This document shows positions 41,140-50,594 of a stretch of DNA of 64,000 nt, in pieces. The position numbers were made by a program, and so were the translations under genes. Origin of the DNA: an uncultured Bacteroidales bacterium (lineage in GTDB: Bacteria; Bacteroidota; Bacteroidia; Bacteroidales; UBA7960); assembly GCA_964387795.1 (NCBI GenBank), contig CAYLYP010000009.1:998-64997 (forward strand), in the 5' to 3' direction. How positions within the stretch are numbered: position 1 is the first letter of the stretch; every line of letters begins with the position of its first letter. The notes beneath the pieces were generated by a model. The model worked only from the letters and a program-made list of their open reading frames with translations, did not search any database and was not told where the DNA came from.

Positions 41140-41799
41140 TTAATCAAAATATTTCATTCCTACATATTTCAGGCATTGATGTCTTACATTTTTCAAGAAT
41201 TCATTAATGTTTGTATCGGTGGGTTCGATATCTGATTTTAAATTGAAGTGATACATTGGGAATGGCCCCCAACCACTTTCTTCTGGATCAAATGTTAGCC
41301 AGATTTCAATCATTAGGTTGCCTTTTTCATCTTTTAGTTCTTCAGGCAGTTCAATTATCCTGACATTCAATAATTTTATATAATCAGTTTTTTGGTGCCT
41401 TGTAAGGTCTAGGGTGTCACCTATATAATTAACATATTTTGATTCTGTATTGAAGGCCTTTATTAATAATTCAGGTGTTAATAAGCCTTTTAGAAAAAGC
41501 ATGCTTATTAAACTGTCCTGTTGATTATATATTTTTTCTGCTTCTTCATAATTATCAAAACCAGTTAGAAAACCAAGAAAAACTTCTTCATATAATATCA
41601 TTTCGGCACTATCAGTTCTGTAAGTTGTTAAACTAAGGGTGTCATTTCTTATTATTTCCAGCCTTCCTGTCTGTCTTGGATACTCGCAGTCCAATTTTGA
41701 AATAGAATAATAGGCATCTTCATGTTTTTCCATTATTTCTTGCCCAAATGTTGTCAAGCTGATTAATACCAAGAAAGAGATGATTACTGTTTGTTTCAT
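41140..41799 (-). CDS. secreted hypothetical protein
   Basis: 219-aa ORF with signal peptide MKQTVIISFLVLISLTTFGQE. No family recognised. Confidence 0.6.
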   Translation of the reverse strand: MKQTVIISFLVLISLTTFGQEIMEKHEDAYYSISKLDCEYPRQTGRLEIIRNDTLSLTTYRTDSAEMILYEEVFLGFLTGFDNYEEAEKIYNQQDSLISMLFLKGLLTPELLIKAFNTESKYVNYIGDTLDLTRHQKTDYIKLLNVRIIELPEELKDEKGNLMIEIWLTFDPEESGWGPFPMYHFNLKSDIEPTDTNINEFLKNVRHQCLKYVGMKYFD

Positions 41800-42281
41800 T
41801 TTAAGTGTTTCTTATTGTTAATCATTTGTGCGTTAAACTCTTATGAGTCATTATAGCAAATAAGGCTGTTTGAAAAAACGTTTGATTAAGCCATTTGAAC
41901 AATAATGGGTTTACAAGTAAATTTTTCCCAGACCTGTTTTTAACGAATTTCATTTAGCATTGACATAATGAATCATGAATTCATTATACCCAAAACCTTC
42001 CTGCTTCACTGAAAAAAAAGAAAAACTTTTTAAGCTACTTGTTTTTGTTTAGAAGTAGTTTGAATGCATTAATGACTACTAAAATATAAAAAATGTGGCT
42101 AAAACAAAAATATTTTGGTGATCTAAAATATTTTGTATTATAATGAAGGGAAAAAGGTCTGTAATCGTATTTATTAAAATACACTTTGAATCCAGATAAG
42201 GATTAATTAAAACGGAGTACATGAAAAAAACCCTAAACCATTGGTAATTCTCTTGATTTGTGCTTTATTCAATCAAAAGCT

Positions 42282-43142
42282 TTATTTCGAATAGATATCT
42301 GTTAATGCACTTTGAATAGAAGGGAAGCGGAACCGAAACCCTTTTTCTTGCAATGCCTTTGGGATGGCACACTGCGATTTTAATATAATTGCCGATGCCG
42401 GGCCTAAAACGGCTTTTAAAATAAATGAAGGCACCATAAACAGCATTGGCCTGTTTAATGATTTAGCAATGGCTTTAGAAAATTCATTGTTTGAAACCGG
42501 TTCAGGCGAAACAAGATTGTAAATTCCCCGGACACTTTCTGTGTTGATTGCAAAAAGAAAGGCATTCAATAAGTCATCAATATGGATCCATGAAATAATT
42601 TGTTTTCCATTGCCCAACCTGGCACCTAATCCATATCTGAAAGGAGCAGCCATTTTAGGGAGTGCCCCCCCGTCTTTATCCAATACAATACCTGACCTGA
42701 AAATTATTGTCCTGCAACTATTACTCGCCACTAAGGCTTCTTTTTCCCATTCCTTGCACAAAAAACCCGTGAAATCGGTATTGAAGCCATTGCTTTCCTC
42801 TGTATGGCAACCCGAATAATTGTAAATCCCTACTGCCGAAATCTGGATAAAAGCTTTTGGTTTGGTGCCTGCCATTTGTACTGCTCTTACAATCTTGTTT
42901 GTTGTGGCTATCCTGCTGTCAACAATCTGTCTTTTTTGCTTCTTTGTCCAAAGGGAAAATAACGATTTTCCGGCCAGGTTGATAACTACATCGTATTTGC
43001 TGATTATTGATGAGAGCTCTTCATCTGGCATTTTTAACATACCGCGTGTAAGGGGTTCTGTATCAAAACCCGATTTTTTTAGGAATACTGAAAGCCGTTG
43101 ACCAATGAAACCTGAATAACCACAAATTAAGGCCTTTTTCAT
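42282..43142 (-). CDS. TIGR01777/YfcH-type NAD-dependent epimerase-like protein
   Basis: Rossmann motif ALICGYSGFIGQ after the internal ATG (43142). DUF1731-like C-terminus (…GFRFRFPSIQSAL). Confidence 0.85.
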   Translation of the reverse strand: MKKALICGYSGFIGQRLSVFLKKSGFDTEPLTRGMLKMPDEELSSIISKYDVVINLAGKSLFSLWTKKQKRQIVDSRIATTNKIVRAVQMAGTKPKAFIQISAVGIYNYSGCHTEESNGFNTDFTGFLCKEWEKEALVASNSCRTIIFRSGIVLDKDGGALPKMAAPFRYGLGARLGNGKQIISWIHIDDLLNAFLFAINTESVRGIYNLVSPEPVSNNEFSKAIAKSLNRPMLFMVPSFILKAVLGPASAIILKSQCAIPKALQEKGFRFRFPSIQSALTDIYSK

Positions 43143-43412
43143 TTCTATTCGGTTTTTGATAAAAATATTTGACAAAGAAATACAATTTTTTTTAAAAAAC
43201 ACCGAACCTTTCGGATTTGTTTATCGTATAGTATACTGATTTACTTAAAGTAGTACACTGATTTAAGTAAGGGTAAAATCCTATAATAATAAAACAGCAA
43301 AATCAACGGTTCCCAAAGTTTTATTATTATCTATCTTTGTTGAGGATTTTTGAAATCAATACAGCTCGTTTGCTGATGTTTTTTGAAATTAAAAACCTTT
43401 ATTTCCTTGAAA

Positions 43413-44738
43413 ATGAAAATTAAGTCCTACGCTCAATATATTCCCGCATTTTTTAAACTGGTTAATAGCCGTTTGTTCTTAAGGAGGATTTTAAGTGGCA
43501 CTGTCAAGTCAATGATTTTTTTATCCTTGTTTTTCTTCGTGCCGGGATATAACCAACATGCCAATGAAAAAAGAGCCCAAGAGGCATACCAGTTGGGAAG
43601 CGATGGTTCATGGAAGATGGTTCCTCCGGCTGTTACCCCTGAAGAGATCCAACGTATTGAGAGTGAAGTTAACCAGATAGCTCAAAGAATTGGCTTTAAT
43701 GGAAATATCTTAATCAGCCGTTCAGGTTTTGAAATCTATAACCAGTCATTTGGATATTCAAATTTATTAAAAAAGACCCCCTTAAATTCTGAAACCAGTT
43801 TTCAGTTGGCTTCTGTTAGCAAACAATTTACTGCCGTAGCGATATTATTGCTCCGCGACCGTGGTTATTTTGAGTTGGACGACACAGTCCAAAAATACAT
43901 TCCTGAGTTTCCTTATAGTCAGATTACAATAAAACACTTATTAACACATACTGCCGGTTTGCAGAATTACATCTGGCTCACCGAGAGAAAGTGGAAGAAA
44001 GCAGAAATGCCCAAAAATGAAGATGTCCCTGTTTTATTTGCACAATCAAAGCTTAACCTCAATTTTGTTCCTGGTGCAAAGTTTCAGTATTCTAATGCTG
44101 CCTATGCTATGCTTGCTTTGTTGATTGAAAAAGTTACATCTGAACATTTCCCTGATTTTATGCATGATAATATTTTCAAGCCGCTTCAAATGAAGCATAC
44201 TTATATCTATCAGCCTGACAAAGACAAACATCATGATAACAGGGCATACGGTTTTAAAAGGACGAGGCGCGGTTATATTGAAGTAGCTGATGATAAGCTT
44301 GATTATGTATGGGGCGACAAAGGTGTTTTTAGCACTGTTAAAGATCTTGCTATTTGGGACCAGGCTTTATATAATAACAAATTATTACCAAAAGAAACAA
44401 TGGAAGAAGCCTATGCCTATGCCCTCAAAAACGATGGATCACCAATTGATTATGGCTACGGATTCAGACTGGATACCTTTCAGAATGAAAAACTTGTTTA
44501 TCATAATGGCTGGTGGCATGGCTTTAAAACCACTTTCCGCCGTTATCCGCAAAAACAAACTACCCTGATTATCCTTAACAATACCAATTTTGACCTGTCA
44601 GGTTTAATTGCCTCCATTCAGGATATTCTGTTTCCGGATGAGGATTCACAGATGCAACAATTAATTGCTACCGAAACTGAGTCTTTTGAAGAAGATTCCA
44701 ATGCAACCGGAAACGGTTCGGATAATCCTGGTTTTTGA
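43413..44738 (+). CDS. serine hydrolase, class-C beta-lactamase/PBP4-like fold
   Basis: S-x-x-K motif (ASVSKQF), Y-x-N motif (QYSNAAY), late HNGWWHG. The first ATG is at 43413; the track start is a TTG at 43383. Confidence 0.85.
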   Translation: MKIKSYAQYIPAFFKLVNSRLFLRRILSGTVKSMIFLSLFFFVPGYNQHANEKRAQEAYQLGSDGSWKMVPPAVTPEEIQRIESEVNQIAQRIGFNGNILISRSGFEIYNQSFGYSNLLKKTPLNSETSFQLASVSKQFTAVAILLLRDRGYFELDDTVQKYIPEFPYSQITIKHLLTHTAGLQNYIWLTERKWKKAEMPKNEDVPVLFAQSKLNLNFVPGAKFQYSNAAYAMLALLIEKVTSEHFPDFMHDNIFKPLQMKHTYIYQPDKDKHHDNRAYGFKRTRRGYIEVADDKLDYVWGDKGVFSTVKDLAIWDQALYNNKLLPKETMEEAYAYALKNDGSPIDYGYGFRLDTFQNEKLVYHNGWWHGFKTTFRRYPQKQTTLIILNNTNFDLSGLIASIQDILFPDEDSQMQQLIATETESFEEDSNATGNGSDNPGF

Positions 44739-44739
44739 T

Positions 44740-45249
44740 TTATTGGGACAAGGAACCGCTTGGACTTGTTTCATCCTCAAATTTTAAAGTCATTAAGTAT
44801 TCAAGGGTGTTTTTATAAGCTGTTATATAAACTTTTCCTTTCTGAAATGTAATCATTATGGTCTCTTTTCCTATAATTGACCAGTTTTCAAAGCGGTATA
44901 TCAGTTGAAGCCCTCCATTTATTGTGCTTCTCTTTTTCTTCAGGACAAAATCTATCCTGCTTAACTCTTGGCTGATCTTTTCAATTACACTTATTTCCGA
45001 AAACTTATAACTCCTTACAACCTGATACCTTCTGCTAACCAAACCAATCAGGATGAAGGCCAATACTGAATTGGTGATCGAAAACTCTATGGCCTCAACA
45101 ATGGCTTCCGGCCATAAGCCTGCTTTTTTCAATAACCATAACTGGAAAAACTTAACCAGATAAGAAAAAATAAAAACACAGCTTACTGCTTTAATTTCAA
45201 AATCAGAATATGCCAACCATTTTCGTTTCATTGATATAAATCCTTTCAC
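44740..45249 (-). CDS. hypothetical membrane protein
   Basis: 169-aa ORF with two hydrophobic segments. Its stop lies 1 nt from the convergent stop of 43413..44738. Confidence 0.5.
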   Translation of the reverse strand: MKGFISMKRKWLAYSDFEIKAVSCVFIFSYLVKFFQLWLLKKAGLWPEAIVEAIEFSITNSVLAFILIGLVSRRYQVVRSYKFSEISVIEKISQELSRIDFVLKKKRSTINGGLQLIYRFENWSIIGKETIMITFQKGKVYITAYKNTLEYLMTLKFEDETSPSGSLSQ

Positions 45250-45636
45250 TTTTTTTCTTTTGGTATATTTGCCTTAAAATCACCATCTTTTTGTTTACTA
45301 AATTAATAATATTTTGATTACAAAAATAGTTTAATCCGTTTATAATCTTTTAGTTTATGGTTTAACCTTACTCATTCCTTACTGATTTAACTAAAAATTG
45401 AACTATTCTTTGAAGAAGGATTACAACCTTATGAGTATTTGTATTTCAATTAATTGACCTAAATATAAACAGAATTAAAAACAAGTTCAAAACCCCTTGA
45501 TGATACAGTTTATATTTTATGCATTTGTTTTTGATCTTATTGATTAACAAATACGATAAGCAAAACTCCATTAACAGATTTTAACGTTTGATAGATTTGT
45601 TATTTGACAGATAATCAGCCATATAAGCATTGTTAA

Positions 45637-45783
45637 ATGTGAATATACGTTAAAATTAACTTATTAAATGTTAAGAAAAATTAGTTATTAGGCTGATAAT
45701 CAATATCATGGATAGGTCACGGTATTACCAAGGATATACCAAGGTCTTATCAGGTTCAGTATCGTCCATATAAATATTGGAGA
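45637..45783. repeat. inverted-repeat copy 2 (perfect 65-bp core 45705..45769), partner at 1296..1442
   Basis: See copy 1. The core contains the direct repeat TACCAAGG x2. Confidence 0.9.
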
Positions 45784-46215
45784 TGGTATGGTTTTGACCT
45801 GAGTGTGACCACGATTTCATAATTTGTTTGCCGGTCAGGATTCTGCCATTATCCAAACCATCTTCCTGACTATGCTGTGAATTCTGATATAATGAAGCGG
45901 TATTTGATATTTTAAACGATTTATCAACAGAATTTTTTTTTTAATAGTTATTGATTGTTTTGTTGAGTAATTTTAAGATTAAGATTCTGATATCTAATTA
46001 AAACGAAACAATTTTATTATTTATACGCAATGTTTTCAATATAATATAAAAATATCATAAATTTGAGGAATAATTTGAAGAAAGGTCAAACAAATAAATC
46101 CCGTTTTACTAAAAGAATCATAGGATCTCAAATGCTGTCATAACCGGCACTTCATCTGAAACGGGTTTGATGGAAACCATAGTATTTGTTTTTAAGGCAT
46201 TTTTATCCGCTGACA

Positions 46216-48303
46216 ATGAGTAAAAGCATTCTCATCCTATTCATTTTACTGCCTTTGGTCCTTGGAGCCCAAACCTCTCGGGAACAAAGGGAAAGGGATT
46301 CGCTGAATATTATTGTCCTGACAAAAAAAATTGAGGCACAAATAAAGGGAAAAGACCTGTATCTGGCAAGGCAAACCCTTGATACGATATTTACATTGGC
46401 CCAGCTCAACAATTTTATAAAAAAAACCGGTGATTGTTATTTCAACTTAGGCATAATCAGTAAAATTGAGGGCGATACAAGCAATCTGCTTGTAAATCTC
46501 GCTAAAAGCATTGAATATTATATGGCCGATCAGGCCTGGTCTTCAGCAGCAAAAGCCCATACAGCAATTGCCCAAACCTATCTTTCTCTTGAAAATGCAG
46601 CTCTGGCTGAGGACAATTTTTTAGTTTCCCTTGACCTGAGAAAAAGGATACAGGATTCATTAGGTATGGCAAATAATCTAATTAACCTCGGAAGCCTAAG
46701 TTATCAGTCGGGCGCTTATTCAGCAGCAACAGAATACTATCATCAGGCATTGCAAATTTCAAATAGCATCCGCAACAAAAACTTATCCGCATCAATATTA
46801 ATAAACCTTAGCAATGTTCACAGTAAGCTCAGGAATTATGACCAATCGATTGGTCTGCTTCAACAAGCACTTGACATATACAGGGAAACAGGGGACAAAA
46901 AAGGGGAGTCAAATACCTTAATGAGCATTGGGATTTATTTTTATGAAAAAGGATCTTATAAAGAAGCAAAATCTTTTTTAAATCAGGCACTCAATATAAA
47001 AAAAACAATTAAAGAGGATGAGCCCGGAATAAGTAAGACCTACAATAATTTAGGCCTTGTTGCAAAGGCGGAAGGGGATACTGATTTAGCTAATCAGTAT
47101 TATGAACAGGCGCTTATTTATGCAAGAAAAACAAAAGACAGTTACCTGGAAGCAACAATCATAAATAATATCGGATCTGGGAAGCTTGGACAAAACGAAA
47201 CAGAATCTTTGGAATTGCTTATGCAGAGTCTTGCAAAAGCAAAAGAATTAGGTTTAAAAAGGCTTATTCTTGCCAATTATGTTAACCTTCAGGATTACTT
47301 TGCGCGGAAGGGCAATTATAAAAAGGCATTTGAGTATGCAAAATTTGCCCAAGACCTAAACCAGGAGATGCTAAATGAACAGGTTGCGCAGAAAGTCATA
47401 GAACTTCAAACCCAATATGATGCTGAAAAAAAACAGGCAGAAATTGAGTTGTTGCAAAAAGAGGCACAAATACAGGCTTTAAGCCTTTCAAGAAACAGGA
47501 TGTTTACCTATGCAGGGATAGGGTTTTCGATTATGCTATTGATTATCATTGCCATATTGTATTCCAGGTTTTTATTAAAGCAACGGACCAACAAGCAACT
47601 AAAAGAGCTGAACCAAACAAAAGACAGGTTTTTTACAATTATAGCACATGATTTGAAAAATACGCTTAGTGCATTTAAAAACATCTCAGGTTCATTAAGA
47701 AAGAAGCTTTTATTGTTATCTCCATCCCAGGTTGAGATGCTTATAGAAAGCCTTGATGAATCAGCCAAATCGCTCAATGAATTGTTTCAGAACCTTTTGC
47801 AGTGGTCACAATCACAAACGGGAAGCATTAAGCTCAATCCCTCGGTAGTCAATGTAGAAGATTTTATCCAGTCCCTGCTAAACGCTATTGAACAGGAAAG
47901 GGAGATAAAACAAATTGCAATCAAAACAAATATTGAGGAAGGCCTTGAAGTAATTAGTGATCCCAACATCCTGGCGACAGTTACCAGAAACCTTTTATCA
48001 AACTCAATAAAGTTTTCGCCACAAGGGAGTGCTATAGAGATAAGTGTGACAAAGCAAAACAGCAATGTGTTGTTTTCAATTAAAGATCAAGGTTCAGGGA
48101 TTTCAAAGGAAGACATTGGGAAGCTTTTCAGGATAGAAGAGGATGCCAAAAGGATAGGTAATCACGAAAATAAAGGAAGCGGATTAGGCCTTATCATAAG
48201 CAAGGAGCTTATAGAACGAGCCGGAGGAAACATAGGAGCAGAAAGCGAAATTGGGTCAGGGAGTAATTTTTATTTTTTAATTCCGCAAAAACCGCAAAAT
48301 TAA
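46216..48303 (+). CDS. TPR-containing sensor histidine kinase
   Basis: Signal/TM segment, about 8 TPR units, a TM segment, H-box IIAHDLKNTL, DQGSGIS, GSGLGLII. Confidence 0.9.
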   Translation: MSKSILILFILLPLVLGAQTSREQRERDSLNIIVLTKKIEAQIKGKDLYLARQTLDTIFTLAQLNNFIKKTGDCYFNLGIISKIEGDTSNLLVNLAKSIEYYMADQAWSSAAKAHTAIAQTYLSLENAALAEDNFLVSLDLRKRIQDSLGMANNLINLGSLSYQSGAYSAATEYYHQALQISNSIRNKNLSASILINLSNVHSKLRNYDQSIGLLQQALDIYRETGDKKGESNTLMSIGIYFYEKGSYKEAKSFLNQALNIKKTIKEDEPGISKTYNNLGLVAKAEGDTDLANQYYEQALIYARKTKDSYLEATIINNIGSGKLGQNETESLELLMQSLAKAKELGLKRLILANYVNLQDYFARKGNYKKAFEYAKFAQDLNQEMLNEQVAQKVIELQTQYDAEKKQAEIELLQKEAQIQALSLSRNRMFTYAGIGFSIMLLIIIAILYSRFLLKQRTNKQLKELNQTKDRFFTIIAHDLKNTLSAFKNISGSLRKKLLLLSPSQVEMLIESLDESAKSLNELFQNLLQWSQSQTGSIKLNPSVVNVEDFIQSLLNAIEQEREIKQIAIKTNIEEGLEVISDPNILATVTRNLLSNSIKFSPQGSAIEISVTKQNSNVLFSIKDQGSGISKEDIGKLFRIEEDAKRIGNHENKGSGLGLIISKELIERAGGNIGAESEIGSGSNFYFLIPQKPQN

Positions 48304-48953
48304 TGATTAAAGTTTTTGTTGTAGATGACCACAAGATTGTAAGAGATGGGATCAAAGCCATGCTCGCCGGAAATACAGGTTATAAGTTTGTCGGAGAAAG
48401 CGCTGGAGGCTATAAGGCCATCGAGTTGTTAGAGAAAATCCAGGTGGATGTATTAATATTGGATATTAATTTACCAGATGGGTCTGGCCTGGACATCATC
48501 CCTGAGATTCTGTCGCGCAATCCGGGGATAAAGATAATTATGCTAACAGCCAATATCGATGAAGAATCAGTTACCTTATCTGTGAAAGCAGGGGCACAGG
48601 GATTTCTTCATAAAGATATCTCAGAGGAGGAATTGCTGCTGGCAATAGATACGGTTTTTAGGACAAATGAACCTTTCTTTGGTGAAAAGATTTCTCATAT
48701 CATTTATAAGAGTTTTGTTTCAAAGACAAGAAACCCACAGGAAAAAGAAAACAAAGCCCATAGCCTTACCCTACGGGAACAAGAGGTGTTGAAACTATTG
48801 GCAGATGGCCATAACTGTTCTCAGATTGCTGACCTTCTTTTTATTAGTTCACGTACCGTTGAAACGCATAAAAAGCACCTGATGGAAAAACTTGAACTAA
48901 AAAACCTTGCCGACATCGTTAAGTTTGCAATCAGGAATGGAATCACACAATAA
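48303..48953 (+). CDS. NarL/LuxR-family response regulator
   Basis: REC domain (VFVVDDHKIVRDG…DINLPDGSG) plus LuxR HTH (LTLREQEVLKLLADGHNCSQIADLLFISSRTVETHKKHLMEKL). TAATG overlap with the kinase stop. Confidence 0.95.
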   Translation: MIKVFVVDDHKIVRDGIKAMLAGNTGYKFVGESAGGYKAIELLEKIQVDVLILDINLPDGSGLDIIPEILSRNPGIKIIMLTANIDEESVTLSVKAGAQGFLHKDISEEELLLAIDTVFRTNEPFFGEKISHIIYKSFVSKTRNPQEKENKAHSLTLREQEVLKLLADGHNCSQIADLLFISSRTVETHKKHLMEKLELKNLADIVKFAIRNGITQ

Positions 48954-49077
48954 AATTTAAAGAATAGATTTTAGCCCGAAAAAAGCCTTCGGTCCTCTGC
49001 GATTATCTTTAAAACATTTAGTATATGTTTTTGGATATCAGGTGACATATAATATGGATATGTCATGAAAGGCTACT

Positions 49078-49306
49078 TAGGGTCTGCTGAAAAACACTTA
49101 ACAAGCTGGATGTATATCATTTACAATGCCACTTTTTAATTCCAGAAGCATTGATTTATTTCCTTAAGTGCTAATTTGTTTGCATCTTGTTTACGTTAGT
49201 CTTTAAGGTATCATCTGCTTCGTTGCCATCGGCTCATAGTATTATTATACAATTTCGCCTTGTCGCCTTGCATCTGATACCTTAAAGACTTTTTCAGCAG
49301 ACCCTA
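49078..49306. mobile_element. MITE-like element, copy B (opposite orientation to A; carries a nested insertion)
   Basis: TAGGGTCTGCTGAAAAACACTTAACAAG … CTTTTTCAGCAGACCCTA, with TA at both ends. With 49200..49288 removed it is collinear with copy A. Confidence 0.55.
49200..49288. repeat. 89-bp nested insert with 14-bp perfect terminal inverted repeats
   Basis: TCTTTAAGGTATCA (49200..49213) pairs with TGATACCTTAAAGA (49275..49288). It interrupts GTTAG|CTTTTT, which is contiguous in copy A. Confidence 0.5.
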
Positions 49307-49568
49307 CTTAAATTCTTTGAGAAGGCTTTCATTATGAATTCTAAGGAGGGGATATTCTGTTTATTATAAAACAGGAATATGTTTTTTTCCTTTTTTTAAA
49401 ACGGAAACCGAGGCAAAAAGCCTATAACCCAATCAGTAAGTTCTCTTATGCAAAATCAGTAATTTCAGGGATGCCCCAATCATCATTCCCCCTATTGATA
49501 TAAAAGCGCTTTCCATCGTAGCTTTGATTTGTTTTAGCACATTAAGACAAAAGCTTATCAAATTTTAA

Positions 49569-50561
49569 ATGAAAGCTAAGGATACGGTGACTGGCGCTTA
49601 TCAATCCAGGCAGGAAAAGAGAAATAATAGTGGATTGAAAACATATAAGGAACATTCTGAAAAGGATGTTGCAAAACATGTACCTTCCAAAAGAAAAGAA
49701 ACCTATTACAAAGAGGAGTATGAAAGATGGATAAAAAGGTTTAATAGTATCAATTCAAAACTTTCAACAAGCAATGATTTGCCGGGCATTCAAAGGGTGG
49801 ACAGGGAGATAAAAAAATCTGAACAGTTTTTGGCTGGGATAATTAAAGCCAACAGGAACGCACAAATCACAAAAGAACAAATCTGTTTTGAGGAGGATGC
49901 CAAACAAAAGCTCCTGCTGTTAAAAGCTGAAAACAACAAACTTATCCAGAATTTTTTTAACACATTGAAATCAAGGCTTCAAAACAGCTTGGAAACCTTT
50001 GAAAATGACAGCCTGTGGAGAGAATCCTTAAACATTTTGCCATCATATATCAGATCGGAAAACATGGCTAAATTCTTGTCCCAGGTGAAGAAGGCAAGGA
50101 TCCTTTTGGACAAAGAATCATACGAAGATTTGGTAAATGTTTATGAAGAACTGAAAAAGAATAATAGCGAAAGGGCCAGGAAAGCTTTATCAAGAAGACA
50201 ATTAAAACCAGATAAATACATTAAAGATGATTCAAGCCAGATAAAGAAGCAGGCAAAAACAACTGTACTAAAGGCCCACCCCTCCGCCATTATTAAAAGA
50301 ATCCATATCCTTGATAGGGAGTGGAAAGAAACAATACAACAAAATGATAAAACCAATCCCTCCGGTTATATAAAGAGAAGAGAAATTATGGCACAATTGG
50401 CTGCTGAATTAAACAATAGATCCAGACTGTTTACAATTTACCTACATCAGGAGAAAAAGAATGATGGTAATTGGAGACGAATAAAGGGCCATATACTATA
50501 CTCCGATCCCATCAAGAAAAAAAACATTAACTCCCCGCTCAGTAAAGAAAGTCAAACTTAA
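49569..50561 (+). CDS. Lys/Glu-rich hypothetical protein with no signal peptide
   Basis: 330-aa ORF, strongly basic and helical in character. No family recognised. Confidence 0.55.
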   Translation: MKAKDTVTGAYQSRQEKRNNSGLKTYKEHSEKDVAKHVPSKRKETYYKEEYERWIKRFNSINSKLSTSNDLPGIQRVDREIKKSEQFLAGIIKANRNAQITKEQICFEEDAKQKLLLLKAENNKLIQNFFNTLKSRLQNSLETFENDSLWRESLNILPSYIRSENMAKFLSQVKKARILLDKESYEDLVNVYEELKKNNSERARKALSRRQLKPDKYIKDDSSQIKKQAKTTVLKAHPSAIIKRIHILDREWKETIQQNDKTNPSGYIKRREIMAQLAAELNNRSRLFTIYLHQEKKNDGNWRRIKGHILYSDPIKKKNINSPLSKESQT

Positions 50562-50594
50562 AGGAAACAAAAAAACGCAAAAAAAATCAAGACC

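Noticed and set aside
1375-45704. The 44-kb segment bounded by the inverted repeats, considered as a mobile element or composite transposon
   Set aside because: It carries core housekeeping genes (groESL, leuS, dut, secG, tatA, lptE) and no transposase, integrase or conjugation genes. The repeats are more plausibly functional sites or recombination substrates than element termini.
45708-45773. 21-codon ORF (MDRSRYYQGYTKVLSGSVSSI) inside the repeat core. The same first 20 codons are present in copy 1, and the opposite strand has a 14-codon ORF.
   Set aside because: The two copies are nucleotide-identical, so there is no synonymous-substitution evidence for coding. I see no convincing ribosome-binding context, and ORFs occur on both strands. 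I treat it as unproven rather than annotate it.
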